DNA from: Torpedo marmorata
Lineage: Eukaryota
Length of the DNA: 64,000 nucleotides
Assembly: GCA_977017645.1 (NCBI GenBank)
Contig: OZ360221.1
Location: 157,604,001 to 157,668,000 of the forward strand
Direction of reading: 5' to 3'
The position numbers and the translations under genes were made by a program. Positions 11,851 to 25,021 of this stretch are shown piece by piece. Numbering within the stretch: the stretch's first letter is position 1; the number at the start of each line of letters is the position of its first letter. The notes under the pieces are model-generated. The model ran no database searches and was not told where the DNA came from. It saw nothing but the letters and a program-made list of their open reading frames with translations.

Positions 11851-12283
11851 GAAATAGCTCTGTTGCATTAAAATACACCTTATTTAATATTTGCTCACTA
11901 TAAATTCAAACGAGGAGGATTATAGATTTAGAAATTTACCAAATGTATCTGCATATTATTTTAAATCAAAATTTCATTTCAAGGGGCCAGTCATAACAGG
12001 CAAATAGGAAAACAGGTCATCATTGAATTAAATTATTTTTATATGCCATCTGTAAAACAAATTATTATAATTGCAGGGTGAGCTTGGTGTTATATTAGAT
12101 AACATCAGAAGTTATTTACTGTTATTTACAGATGTTTCGCAGTCGAGAAAAGGCCAGTAACAATTTGAAAATCTCTTCCCAATCAATATATCCAAGGTGT
12201 AAAGAGCTTAATTTCAGGATTAACATTTAATAATAACAGCAAATGAGCAATGTTTTCTGACAAATTTCTATAATGCAAGTTTA

Positions 12284-12596
12284 CACGCTATCCCTGGGTT
12301 ATGAATGCCTGACTTATGGACACCCATATAGACAAGCAAACCTCTGTAATATTATTTAGTTCAAAATTCTGATATATGTACAGTATTCTTACACATGGCA
12401 GAACTAGTTTCCTTCCTCTCTCCACGTTTAGTAATTGTTCTCTCTTATCAGTCTTTTGTGCTTTTGATAGCAGTTGTTACAATTCTGTGGAGGTATGGAT
12501 ACTATATTGAGTGATTTTGGTGCATTTTCTGACTTACAGACAAAATCTACTAATGGACATTGTAAAAACAAAACCCATTTATTTCAGGGGAATCTG
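12284..12596. mobile_element. Tigger/Tc1-mariner-like MITE, old
   Basis: TA-flanked, with degenerate terminal inverted repeats (cacgctatccctgggttatgaa ... atttcaggggaatctg) and internal ctgacttatggac/ctgacttacagac motifs. Confidence 0.45.
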
Positions 12597-13006
12597 TACT
12601 GTAATATGACTATAATGCAGAGAGTATTATTAGAGTAGATTATAAGTATGTTGTTATTATAGAGTATAAAGTGTATAAAAAAGCACGTGTTAAATACAGA
12701 ATACCAATGTAATTTAATTCTGCATGCTATAATCTTGTGAGTAAGCTTTAGGAAGATTTCAACCTGGCTATGTATATCAAGCTCAAGGCTGCAGGAATTA
12801 GGATATTGGAACTGAAATCCCTGTAGCCTCTACATTTTAAACAGAGATATAGTGGCAATGTCAGTCTGACTGCAAATCAGTTAATAATCCAAGCAGCAAA
12901 ACTTGGGAATATAGTTTCTAGTAAATATGTTATTTTTGTTATCTTTAGAACCACAAAACAATGTTTTATAGGGTAAATCAACTTTAATTCACACAACACC
13001 ACACCA

Positions 13007-14748
13007 CCTGGTGGATCCACACGACCCAGGACATGCTCTGTTCTCACTTCTGCCATCAGGAAAGAGGTATAGGTGCTACAAGACTCGTACCACCAGATTC
13101 AGAAACAGTTGCTACCCCTCCACCGTCAGACACCTAAACAACAAACTCAATCAGGGACTCCAGCAAGTCGAGGTACCCACCTGTTTCAAACAGGCGTCAA
13201 ACACACCAGTGCCTAAGAAGAGTGTAGTAACCTGCCTTAATGACTATCGACCAGTAGCACTTGCATCAACAGTGATGAAGTGTTTTGAAAGGCTGGTGTT
13301 GAAGCACATCAGCTCCTGTCTGAGCAGCAACATTGATACGTTCCAGTTCGCCTATCGTAGGAAGAGGTCTACAGCGGATGCCATCTCACTGGCTCTACAC
13401 CAAGCACTGGAACATCTGGACTGTAAAGATGAATTCATCAGGATGCTCTTTATCTCCTCCACAATCCCCATCAGTACAGGAGCACCAGAGGGCTGCGTTC
13501 TTAGCCCCCTGCTCTACTCACTTTTCACCTACGATTGTGTGGCTCGGTACGATAATAAAACCATCTACAAATTTGCCGATGATACCACAGTAGTGGGTTG
13601 TGTAAAGAAAGGTGATGAGTCAGCATACAGGAGGGAGATTGAAAACTTGGCTGAATGGTGCACCAACAACAACCTTGCACTCAATGTCACCAAAACTAAG
13701 GAGCTAATTGTTGACTTCTGGAAGGGAAAGCCAGAGGTATACAAACCAGTGATCATTAGGGGATCAGAGGTGGAGAGGGTGAGAAAATTTAAGTTCTTAG
13801 GAGTCACTATCTCAGAGGATCTTTCCTGGACCCAACACACTAATGGCATAGTGAAGAAAGCACGTCAGCGCCTCTACTTCCTCAGGAGTTTGCGGAGGTT
13901 TGGTATGACACCAGAAACCCTGCCAAATTTCTACAGCTATGTGGTGGAAAGTGTGCTGACTGGCTGCATCACAGTCTGGTATGGGGACACCAATACCCCT
14001 GAGTGTAAAGCCCTACAAAAGGTAACGGACACAGTCCAGGACATCACAGGCAAAACCCTCCCCACTATCCAGAACATTTACAGGGAATGCTAGCATTGGA
14101 GAGCAGCATCAATCATCAAGGATCCTCACCAACCTGCACACGCTCTGTTCTCGCTGCTGAAACATCAGGAAATAGGTATAGGTGCTAAATGGCTCGCACC
14201 ACCAGGTTCAGAAACAGCTGCTACCCCTCTACCATCAGACTCCTCAACAACAAACCCAATCAGGGACTCATTTAAGGACTGTTACTTGTGCACTTTATTG
14301 ATTTTTTTATTCTCTCTGTATTACACAGTCAGTTTGTTTACATTCATTATCTGTTTACACTTATTTGTTTGTTTACATGTATACGCTGAGTACAGTTTTT
14401 TTTGCACTGCTAATAAGTGGTAATTCTGCCTCGCCCACAGAAAAAGGAATCTCAGGGTTGTATGTGATGTCATGTATGCACTCTGACAATAAATCTGAAA
14501 TCTGAATCTGAAATTTAAGAACTCTTACTTTGCACATTATTTATTACTGATATTTTTCTGTATTGCAGTCAGTTTGTTCATATTTCTTTGTTTACATTTC
14601 TATTTTTTATATATGTATCTTTTTCTTGAGTACAGTTTACACTATCAAAAAGTAGAAATTCTGCCTGGCCTGCAGGAAAAAGAATCTCAGAGTTGTATGT
14701 GCAGTCATTTATGTATTCTGACAATAAATTTGAACTTGAACTTGAACT
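13007..14748 (+). mobile_element. Rex1/Babar LINE 3' fragment (13007-13160 plus 14513-14748) interrupted by a second Rex1-like copy
   Basis: DPHDPGHALFSLLPSGKRYR...RFRNSCYP C-terminus ends at cagggactc (13160) and continues as atttaag at 14513 to a gacaataaa(ttgaac)n tail. Confidence 0.8.
13161..14512 (+). mobile_element. Rex1/Babar LINE, 5'-truncated, internally deleted RT
   Basis: PVPKK..CLNDYRPVAL, QFAYR..RSTADAI, GAPEGCVLSPLLYSL, KFADDTTVVG, KARQRLYFLR motifs; gacaataaa(tctgaa)n tail. Confidence 0.9.
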
Positions 14749-15403
14749 TTAATTCATTACACATAGGCACTTTATAAGTCTTCAACCCTGTGCATCACTA
14801 CTGAGAGCAAAATATTTGGTTTGCCTATAGCAATGGTACATTGACAAATCTAAAGCAGTTTCCTTTCAGATTGTCCACAGTAAAATATTCTTCAAATAAA
14901 TGTTATTACGCAATGATGGAGGAGCTAGGTAAGACCATGAAGAATTTAAGAATGTGGATATTTGCAAAGAATTCAGCGAGGAAAGAAGAAATTCAGAAAA
15001 TATGTACAGGAGGATATTCTTGATTAGAATATTTTCAGTCCAATAAAATTGCCTTTTAACCTTTTTATGTTCCCAAACCACATTAAAATAACTTAAATAT
15101 TCCTTGTACTATCTTCCAGTTTTTCCACCTTTCTGTAGTTTGCCTGCAGCTTTAATCCTATACCACTATTTGGTAGCCAAGTATACATTCATCTGGACAA
15201 AGCCCTGTTATTGTTTCTTGGAGAATGAAGTGGGCAGGTGGAATATGTCTCAGAATATCTGAGAAATAATGACTACAATAAGTAATTTTAGAAAATATAA
15301 GACAGAACATATACAAAAATGCTCAAATGGAAAGATCACATAGAAGTTGAAATGGTTGAATGGAAGCAGAAGTAATCAACTAAAACAATGTAAGAAATGA
15401 GAA

Positions 15404-16335
15404 GTAAAACACAAAAATCTGTGGACACCGTGGTTGAAGTAAAAAACACAAATGCTGGAGAAACTCAGCAGGTCAAACAGTGTCTTTTATGTAGCAAAGG
15501 TAGAAATACATAACCGACGTTTCGGGCTTGAGCCCTTCATCAAAGTATGAGAAAATGCCGGCAGGCGTCCGAACAAAAGAGTGAGGGGGGAAGGGGGATG
15601 GCAAAGGCAGGAGATGATAGGTGGAGAAAGGAGGGAGGGGACAGCAGCAAAGAGGGGGAGGAGGGATGGCTAGGTAGCTGGAGAAAAACAGGAAGGACAG
15701 GTGAGGGGGGAGGGGAAGGGAACGACAAGCATGTTTAGTGGAAAGCAGAAAAGTCAATGTTGATGCCATCTGGCTGGAGAGTGCCGAGACGGAATATGAG
15801 ATGTTGTTCCTCCAATTTGCGGGTAGTCTGGGTGGGATAGTACATGAGGCCATGGACAGACATGTGAGTGTGGGAGTGTGACCCGGAATTGAAATGGTTG
15901 GCTACTGGGAGGTCGCTGTTGTTGCGGACGGAGAGGAGGTGCTCAGCAAAGCGGTCTCCCAATCTACGACCGGTCTCTCCAATGTAGAGAAAGCCACAAA
16001 GGGAGCACCGGATGCAGTAAATAAGTTCTCTGGATGTACAAGTGAAGTGTAGTTCCACTTGGAAGGCCTGTTTGGGGCCCTGGACCGTGGTGAGGGGGGA
16101 GGTGTGGGCGCAGGTGTTGCACCTCCTGCGGGCACAGGGGAAGGTGCCGGGTCTTCGTTGGGTGGGGAGGGATGAGTGCACGAGTGAATCGCGGAGGGAG
16201 CGGTCCCTACGGAAGGCCGAGAGGGGAGGAGAAGGAAAAATGTGTCTGGTGGTGGGATCCTGTAGTGTGCCGGAAATTCCGGAGGATAATGTGTTGGATG
16301 CGGAGGCTGGTGGGGTGGTAGGTGAGGATGAGGGG
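15404..16335 (-). mobile_element. Penelope-like element 3' part: Zn-finger linker, GIY-YIG endonuclease and pLTR
   Basis: CARRRCNTCAH linker (Neptune-type) and LIYCIRCSLCGFLYIGETGRRLGDRFAEH; same pLTR as 10220-10620; hammerhead-like motif at 15509-15550. Confidence 0.9.
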
Positions 16336-16359
16336 GATTCTATGAAATGGGAGGCTTTC

Positions 16360-16473
16360 AAGCAAGAGTGCAACACACAAATGTGGTGGAGAAACTCAGC
16401 AGGGCACACAGCATCGATAGGAAGTACTGTAAAAGGTAACCAGCGTTTTGAGCCTGAGCCCTTCATCAGGGAT
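16360..16473 (-). mobile_element. Older PLE pLTR end with canonical CTGATGA hammerhead core
   Basis: Reverse strand reads ccCTGATGAagggctcaggctcAAAAcgctgg...ctgctgagtttctcc. Confidence 0.65.
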
Positions 16474-17679
16474 TCTTGTTTAATTTCAAGGAAGACATTG
16501 TGCTGCACACAAGAGATACATTCTTATGAGTGGGAAAGGAAAGGATGGGTGTTCTAAATTGGAACTTGCTGAAGAAGGTGGGAATTAAAATGAAATAGTG
16601 CTACACTTAAGGTGTGCACTACCAGATAAGCAACTCTGGATGTTGTAAATCAGCAAACATAAATTCTTCAACCCCGCCAGATTTTAAATGTCATTCCCCA
16701 ATTTCACAATTTTCTGACAATTTTTCCCAGAATGTGTTTGGAAAATGGTAAATTTTAATACTGGATTCTTAATGTAATGTGCTTTCTAGTGCTTGTTTTA
16801 ACATAATGTTAGATAAGGAGTATTTAATATGCTAAACTGCAGTTGCTTATTCTAAACATTAAATAGCAAATGATTCATTAACTTCTTTTTGTGATCAGAA
16901 ACTAACTCCACTTGTTGCATCTTCTTTTTGTTTGTGAATAGAGGAACAGACAGCAGAAAGAGTCAGCCAGTGAATTGTGGCAAAGTGGATGAAGCTGCAG
17001 TTAGAGGTGGTTTAAATTAGCACAGTTGGTTACGTGCCAAAGTTATTCTGTTTTCATTAAGTACAATGACTCATGCAGGTGAAGTAGTATGTTGATTATT
17101 TTTTTATCTTTCCAGACAGTTAACTTTAAACCAGATGTTGCTGTTGTGAAGTAAAGCAGCTTAGCATTTCAAATCAATCCATCTTGTCTCATCCACGGAT
17201 AAATCTACCATTACACTGCAACAGTAGCTATAGTTCAAAAAAAAGTACCCGGTACTTAATTGGCTGTAACAGTTTTGGACTTCCTGAGGCTGTGAGAGGT
17301 GTTAAATAAAGGCAATTTTATTTTTCTTCTTACCTTTGGGGAATATGAAGCAAAAACACATGCAAAGGAAATTAACGTCTGGTTCAGGTCGCAATGATTG
17401 TTACAATCCCAGATGTAGCTTCGGAATAAGTCGGAAATCAGGGTGGGGCTAAGAGTGGAGGAAGGATGGGGTGGTCGGACAGTAGAGGGAAGCTAGGAAG
17501 CTGTGTGGGGAGGAGAGTGGGAGAATCCAGAGTGGAATGGGGTCAGGAGGACAAAGGTGGGGGAAAAGGGGGCGGGGGGTGGCTGGAGGCCGAGAGCGAT
17601 GTACAGGAACACCAGGGTGGGATAGTGGTGTTGGGGGAGGAATGGAGTGTGACATTTGAGACAGAGAGATCTGAGATGC

Positions 17680-18410
17680 AGTGGGTTCTGAGTGTCTTGG
17701 TGCATGATTCCCAAAAGGCCAGTATGTACATACAGCAAGTATTAGGAAAACTAACATGATGTTTTTTTTTGGAAGGAATATATGGGTCGGCACAACATCG
17801 AGGGCCGAAGGGCCTGTACTGTGCTGTATTGTTCTATGTTCTATGTTTTATGTTTTATTGTTGATTGCTAGGAGAATTGAATAGAATAGGAAAATTAAGC
17901 TTTAGTTATACAGGGCCAACCACATCTGGCACATTGTGTATAGATTTAGTCTCCTTATTGAAGGAATGGTGTTAATGCTTGGGAAGCAACTAGGAGAAGC
18001 TTTTCTGGACTAATTCCTGGAAAAGATGGGTTGTTTTACAACAAACATTTGGACAGGGTAGTCTTGTGTTTAGAATTTAGAGGAAACTTTTTTTGAAATA
18101 TATAAGATCCTGTCGGGTCTTGACGGGCTGGATGCAGAGAGGTTGTTTCTGCATCCAGAAGTAGAAGCCACTGTTTAAACATAAAAGACCTACTTTAGAC
18201 AGAGATGATTCATAAACTTGTCTCTCAGAGGTCCATTAGTTTTTGTAACTTTGTTCCTCAAAGGACAATGGAGGCAGTCTTTGAATTGGTTTTAAGCTAA
18301 CAAGAGGGGGAAAGATAACAGGATTGCACAATCACATCAAAGATGATCTTATTAAATAGCAGATAAGGCACAAGGGCAGAGTGCCTATTCCTGCTCCTAA
18401 TTTGACTCTT
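17680..18410 (+). mobile_element. Old CR1 fragments, including a younger CR1 3' tail at ~17784-17850
   Basis: gggccgaagggcctgtactgtgctgtattgttctatgttctatg tail embedded in degenerate CR1 3' sequence. Confidence 0.55.
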
Positions 18411-18789
18411 TATAACGTCTCAGGTTGCCTTGGACCCCCTTGCTCTGTCAACCCCATGTGGGAACTGGTGAGCAGTGGCTACCCCACCATAAAAGAATTT
18501 AGAAATAGGCATGATTCACTCCTCAGAGCTACAGTGGAAGCAAGTAATCCTGGACAATGACTGCTTAAAAATGAGACGGCTATATAGAGTCAACCTTCAC
18601 CTGTAAAAATGTAATGCTCAGGCGAATCTCAGAAGCGATTTAAACCACTGAGCCTTATAAGGTATAAAAGGCAGTTTTAAATTTGTCATAGAGGGTCAAA
18701 TTCAAACAACATGGAAACAGCCCACTGAACCTGCATGCATGACATCACACTACAGCAATGCAAACATTGTTAGAAACTGTACCTCAAAA

Positions 18790-20564
18790 CTTGCTGCTTT
18801 TGTCACTCCTTGTTTTGTGCCATATTGTGCCACATGGTTTCCAGCTCTGTTTCCAGGCCTCCCAGTTTGGCCCCCACAAGGACCTCAGGTATGTGCACTA
18901 CATTGACTGTTGCTATCTTTGCTTCTCTTGCCATATCCTACAGACCACTCTGCCTCCATGCGCAGATACCAGCGTAGCCTCGCTCTCTCGCTGCACAGCA
19001 CCGAACCTCACTCGCCACGACCTGCCACAAACCTCTCCTACACTTCATCCTCCGCTGGATCCACATGTTCAAACACCGGTTCTATACTCACCTGGTGTCC
19101 ATTAAGGATCACCTGCCTGGATTCTGCAGCCTCTGTGACTTCCGACGTGAGTCTCCACCTCAACCCTGGTGGCCAACAGAGCAGAGCCTCCGTCACGAAC
19201 TCTCACCCTAATCCCAATGCATACAGGACCGAGCCTCTTTCGGGCACTCTGACCCCGGCATTCCACGGGACCGAGCCTCCGTTGTGAACTCTCACCCTCC
19301 CCTCTTTGACTTCCCCAATCCTCCCCTTCCTCCCTTGGATCCCTCCGACCCTCCACCTGATCCACCCCATACTCTTCCCCCTGATACCCTGCACCTCATT
19401 GACCCCCACTCCAACGCCTGCCTGGTCTTTACCATTCCCTCCGACCTTCCCCTCTCGGATAGAGTATACACTGACCTCAGAAGAGGCCTCACCTTGGTCC
19501 CCCTTCACCCACACCTCAACGAGATCCGTGCATGCCATGATGCCGAACTCTTCTTCCCTCGGCTCCGTCTCTGTGCCTACTTCTACAACCACGATTCTCC
19601 AACCCTCACTACGGACCACTTCTCCTGCCTTAAACCTTCTTCCTCCTCCTGGATACCTCGTTCCAGTCTTCTGCCTGCTCTGGACCTTTATATTTCCAAC
19701 TGCCGCCGAGACATCAACCTTCTCGACTTCACCACTCTCCTCACATTCTAATCTCATCTCCTCAGAACGTCTTTCCTCCATCCAAGATGTCGTACTTCTT
19801 CAAAAAATGTAGCTTCCCCTCTACTATCATAAACTCGGCCCTCACCCACATATCCTCCATTACCCACATATCTGCCCTGGCCCCATCCGCCCCTGCGCGC
19901 AACAAGGATAGGATTCCCCTTGTCATCACCTACCACCCCTCTAGCCTACGCATCCAACATATCACCGACTGCCATTTCTGCCACCGACAACCTGATCCAA
20001 CCACTAGACACATCTTCCCCTTTCCTCCCCACTTCACCTTTCGCAGGGACTGCTCCCTCCGTAACTCCCTCGTCCATTCCTCCCTTCCCACCAATCGCCC
20101 CTTTGGCACCTACCCCTGTGACTGCAGGAAGTGCTACACGTGCAACCACACTTCGTCACTCACCACCATGCGGACCCCAAACAGTCCGCCCAAGAGAAGC
20201 AACACTTCACTTTTGAATCTGCAGGGATCATCCGATACCCCGTTGTGTTCTCCTCTCCATCGGAGAGACTGGACACAGACTAGGAGATTGCTTTGTTCAG
20301 CACCTTCACTCTGTCCGCTACAAGAGCGGGGATCTCCCAGTGGCCACGCATTTCAATTCCCCGGCCCATTCCCTTGCCGACATGTCTGTCCATGGTCTCA
20401 TGCACTGCCAGACTGAAACCACCTGCAAATTGGAGAAACAACACCTCACATTCCGTCTGGGCATTCTCCAACCTGATGGCATTAACATTGACTTCCCCAG
20501 TTTCCATTAACCCCCCATGCCCGACTCTCCCCTTCCCCTATCCCTATTTCTTTTCCTCTAGTGC

Positions 20565-20600
<36 letters not shown>

Positions 20601-20927
20601 TTTCCCTCTGTGTCCTTTCCTCCAGCTCTGCATTCACAGAGCCACCTTCTCCCCTGTTCAGTCCTCACCTTTCCTCTCCTGTTGTCCGATCCATGTCCAA
20701 TTATCACCTTTTGTCTGTTGGCATGTGCTCCTCCCCCTGCCCATTCTTCCCTCTCCCCAGCCTCTTTATTCAAGCCCTGCCTGCTTTTTGCTCATACCTT
20801 GAAGAGGGTTCAGGCCCGAAACCTCACATATATCTTTACCTCCCATGGACACTGCAAGACCTGCTGAGTTCCTCCAGCATTTTTATGTTTTTACTGCAAT
20901 CACAGCATCTGCAGACTTTCGTGCTTG
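18790..20927 (+). mobile_element. Older Penelope-like element, internally deleted (N-terminal ORF region, endonuclease, pLTR)
   Basis: DAELFFPRLRLCAYF, DLYISNCRRDI, RIPLVITYHP, GTYPCDCRKCYTC and endonuclease remnants; ends gacctgctgagttcctccagc...gcagactttcgtg; decayed hammerhead at ~20791-20830. Confidence 0.82.
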
Positions 20928-20963
20928 ACTCCTTATTTTTAACATGCCATTTTTACAAATGGA

Positions 20964-21302
20964 TGTAGCGGTACCCGCTCTTGGCATGCGAACCGGTGCC
21001 CGCAATGGCGGCCGCGCAAGTACACGTGGCAACAGCAGGGGCCAGCGCAAAGATGGCACCGACCCCCCTTCTTCTTCAACCAGGAGAAGAAGGACAGGAG
21101 ACCCGGGAAAGTTCCCAATGTAATGTACAGCTCCCATTGTCATGTAGACGACAGCGATTAAGCAGCACTGGTCATATAAACGACAGCAATTAAGCTCGAA
21201 GCCCTCCTTAAACGCCAGGGCTGCGAGACCCGATTAAATAGTCTTGCTTGCAACCCACCGACTGTGTGTTGTTCTTCAGCATTCTGTGCAGCTCACGCTA
21301 CA
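20964..21302 (+). repeat. 5' LTR of Gypsy copy 2 (339 bp)
   Basis: TGTAGCG...CGCTACA, colinear with the copy 1 LTRs. Confidence 0.95.
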
Positions 21303-21341
21303 TTGGTGACGCTGACAAGTACAAACGAATTTGGACCTACA

Positions 21342-24300
21342 ATGACCGATTCCACGGCCATCAGCGCAGTCGCCGTCAAGCTGCCGACCTTCTGGACCGA
21401 CCGACCCCATGTTTGGTTCGATCAGGCACAAGCACAGTTTGCACTCCGCAGCATCACCGGAGATGCCACCAAGTACTACCATGTGGTCAGCTCACTCGGA
21501 GAGGACGCAGCCACACGGGTGGAAGATTTCCTGCACCGACCACCGGAGGAGGGTAAATACCCCGCTTTCAAAGCCCTGTTGATGAACACTTTCGGGCTTT
21601 CGCGACGGGGGCGGGGTGCCCGCTTGCTGTGGCTGGACGGGCTGGGAGTCAGATCACCCTCACACCTCATGGACGAGATGCTGGCCCTCACAGGAGGCCA
21701 CACGTGCCTTTCCTTCGAGCAGGTTTTCTTAGAGGTGATGCCACTCAACGTGCGCCTGGCACTCGCAGAGGCGTATTTCTCCACGCCCAGGACGTTGGTA
21801 ACTCGAGCGGACACTATCTGGGAAGCAGGAAGGGTGAGTCAGACAATGGTCGACCAAGTGGTCAAACCAAAAACCCAACACCCCAACCTTGATCGTCCCA
21901 CCGAACGCGCAGCCCACTGTAGCAGCAGCGACCACGCCAACCTCGATTGGTGTTTCTACCACCGTCGTTGGGGCCCGAAGGCCCGCCGGTGCAGGTCCCC
22001 CTGCAAGTCCGGGAAACGACAAGCCAGACGTCGCTAGTGGCTACGGCGGCTGGCCACAGAGACAGCCTACTGTACGTCAGGCACAAGAATTCCAGACAGC
22101 GGTTTCTCGTGGACACAGGAGCTGAAATCAGCATTATTCCCCTGACACCGTACAAAACCAGGACCCGGTCACAGGGACACGCACTGCGGGCCGCCAATGG
22201 CAGCTCCATTCCGACATTCCGCCCGAGGACGGCAACCTCCGGTTCGGCGACAGCCATTTCTCATGGGAGTTCACGCTTGCAAGTTTCTGGATGCCCAGCC
22301 TAGGGGCCGACTTCCTCAGGGCACACAGCTTACTGGTAGACCTGCAGGGTAAGCGGCTGGTCCAAGCATGGACCTTCCAATCCTTTGCCCTGCAAAAATC
22401 CAATCATCACTCCACCCAGCTGAGCTCCGTAGCGCAGCCAGAGGAAAATTTCACCCGCTTTCTCGCTGATTTCCCGTCAATTTCCGACCCCATGCACACG
22501 GCAGAAATGCCCAAGCACGGCGTCAGGCACCACATCACCACCCAGGGCCCACCGCTCCACGCCCGCGCACGTCGCTTGCTCCCGGATAAACTCCGACTAG
22601 CCAAAGAGGAGTTTAACAGGTTGGAGGCCTTAGGGATAATCAGACGCTCCGATAGTCCCTGGGCAAGCCCACTGCACATGGTGCCCAAAGCATCCGGCGG
22701 GTGGAGGCCATGCGGTGACTACTGCAGGCTTAATGAAGCCACCACTCCCGACCGCTACCCTGTACCCCACATTCATGACTTCGCCGCCAACCTGCACGGG
22801 GCGACTATATTCTCAAAGGTCGACTTCATCCGAGGTTATCACCAAATCCCCGTGCTACCGAAGGATGTGCCCAAAACAGCCATCATAACCCCTTTTGGCC
22901 TGTTCGAATTCTTCTGCATGCCATTCGGGCTAAAGAACACAGCCCAAACCTTCCAACGCTTAATGGATGTGGTAGGGTGGTATTTCGACTTCCTTTTCAT
23001 TTACTTGGATGATATGCTTATCACCAGTAAAACACGCCAGGAGCACATAGCACACCTCTGCCAGCTGTTCAAACGCCTAAACCAATTCGGCCTTACAGTC
23101 AACCTGGCTAAATGCCAGTTCGGCCTCTCCACAATTGACTTCCTGGGCTATAGGATCACACACCATGGCGCAACTCCCCTACCCGACAAAGTTGACGCGG
23201 TTCGCAAATTCCCCCGGCCGTCCATTGTCAAGGGCCTCCAGGATGGTCAATTTTTATCACAGGTTCCTGCCAGCAGCAGCCCGCATCATGCGTCCGCTTT
23301 TCACCCTCATGGCTGGCAAAGCCAAAGCGCTGGTTTGGGACACGGAATCCACTGCGGCTTTTAACAAAGCAAAAGAGGCCCTGGCTGATTCCACGATGCT
23401 GGTTCACCCCAGAACCGACGTGCCAACCTCCCTCACGGTGGACGTTTCAAACACAGCAGTCGGCGGGGTACTGGAGCAGTTTAGTGAAGGCAGCTGGAAA
23501 CCCTTGGCCTTTTTCAGTAGACATTTACGGCCACCCGAACTTAAATACAGCGCCTTCGACCGGGAGCTACTAGCACTGTACCTGGCCATACGGCACTTTC
23601 GATACTTTCTGGAAGGTAGAACATTCACCACCTTCACTGACCACAAGCCACTCACTTTCACGTTCTCGAAAGTCTCCGACCCCTGGTCGGCCCGCCAACA
23701 GCGCCAGTTGTCCTACATATCTGAGTTCACGACACAGATTCAGCATGTCTCAGGAAAGGACAACGCTGTAGCGGACGCACTATCCCGGCCAACTATCCAA
23801 GCCTTAGCCCAAGGGATCGACTACACCGCCCTGGCAGAGGCGCAGCAGGCTGATGAAGAGACGCACAGTTTCAGAACCGCGACCACCGGGCTGCAACTAC
23901 AGGACATCGCCATCGGGACAGGTGAGCAAACTCTCCTGTGTGACGTCTCCATAGGCCACCCCCGACCCATTGTCCCAGCCGCGTGGCAGAGGCAGGTTTT
24001 CGATTCCATTCACGGCTTATCCCACCCGTCCATCAGAACTACCGTTAAGCTGATTTCCAGTAAATTCGTCTGGCACGGTCTCCGCAAGAAAGTCACCGAA
24101 TGGGCCAAGAATTGCGTGCAGTGCCAGACCTCAAAAGTCCAAAACCACACAAAGACCCAGCCACAAAAATTTGAGCCAACGACCAGACGATTTGACCACA
24201 TACACATAGACCTGGTAGGCCCCCTACCCGTCTCCCAGAGGAGTGCGATACCTCCTCACCATGGTGGACCGTTTCACTCGCTGGCCCGAGGCAGTCCCTC

Positions 24301-25021
24301 TCGCGGACATCACCACCGAAGCCTGTGCCAGAGCCCTTATCACCACTTGTGTCACATGCTTTGGGGTGCCAGCCCACATTACCTCGGACAGGGGGGCCCA
24401 ATTTACATCAGCCCTGTGGACAGCAATGGCCAACTTCCGGGCACACAGCTCCACAAAACGACGGCTTACCATCCACAATCCAATGGTTTAGTGGAACGCT
24501 TCCACCGCCACCTAAAAGCTGCTCTAATGGCGCGCCTAGACTGTCTGAATTGGGGGAACGAGCTGTGTGGGTCCTCCTTGGGATCCGCACAGCACCTAAA
24601 GAAGACCTCAATACCTCGTCATCAGAATTGGTCTACGGAACCCCCCTGGTGGTACCAGAGGAATTCCTACCCGCCCCAAGGGGGCAAGATGCCAGCACAG
24701 CAGAAATGCTCAACAGACTCCGCGAGCAACTCGGCAACCTAGCACTGATCGCCACGTCGCAACATGGACAGCGGCCTGAGCGCATCCCCAACAACCTGCG
24801 GAGCTGTGAGTATGTGTTCGTCAGAAGGGGACCACACAGGGCACCACTAAAACGGCCTTACGAAGGCCCTTTCCGGGTAGTTAAAAATAACGGCTTCACC
24901 TTCATATAGGACATTGGGGGTAAAGAAGAATGTTTCACAACAGACCGTTTAAAACCAGCACACATGGACTTAACTCAACCTATTGAACTACAGGCACCCA
25001 GACGCAAGGGGCTGGCCTCCC
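21342..25021 (+). pseudogene. gag-pol of Gypsy copy 2 (multiple frameshifts)
   Basis: ORFs 21264-22037 (gag), 21947-22303 (protease, LVDTGAEIS), 22291-23364 (RT, YLDD), 23135-24742 (RNase H and integrase HHCC), 24243-24491 (integrase core ITSDRGAQFTS). Confidence 0.92.

Noticed and set aside
15735-16508. 257-aa GIY-YIG ORF as a host nuclease gene
   Set aside because: It is a truncated PLE endonuclease joined to an unrelated older pLTR remnant, with a non-ATG start and no exon structure.
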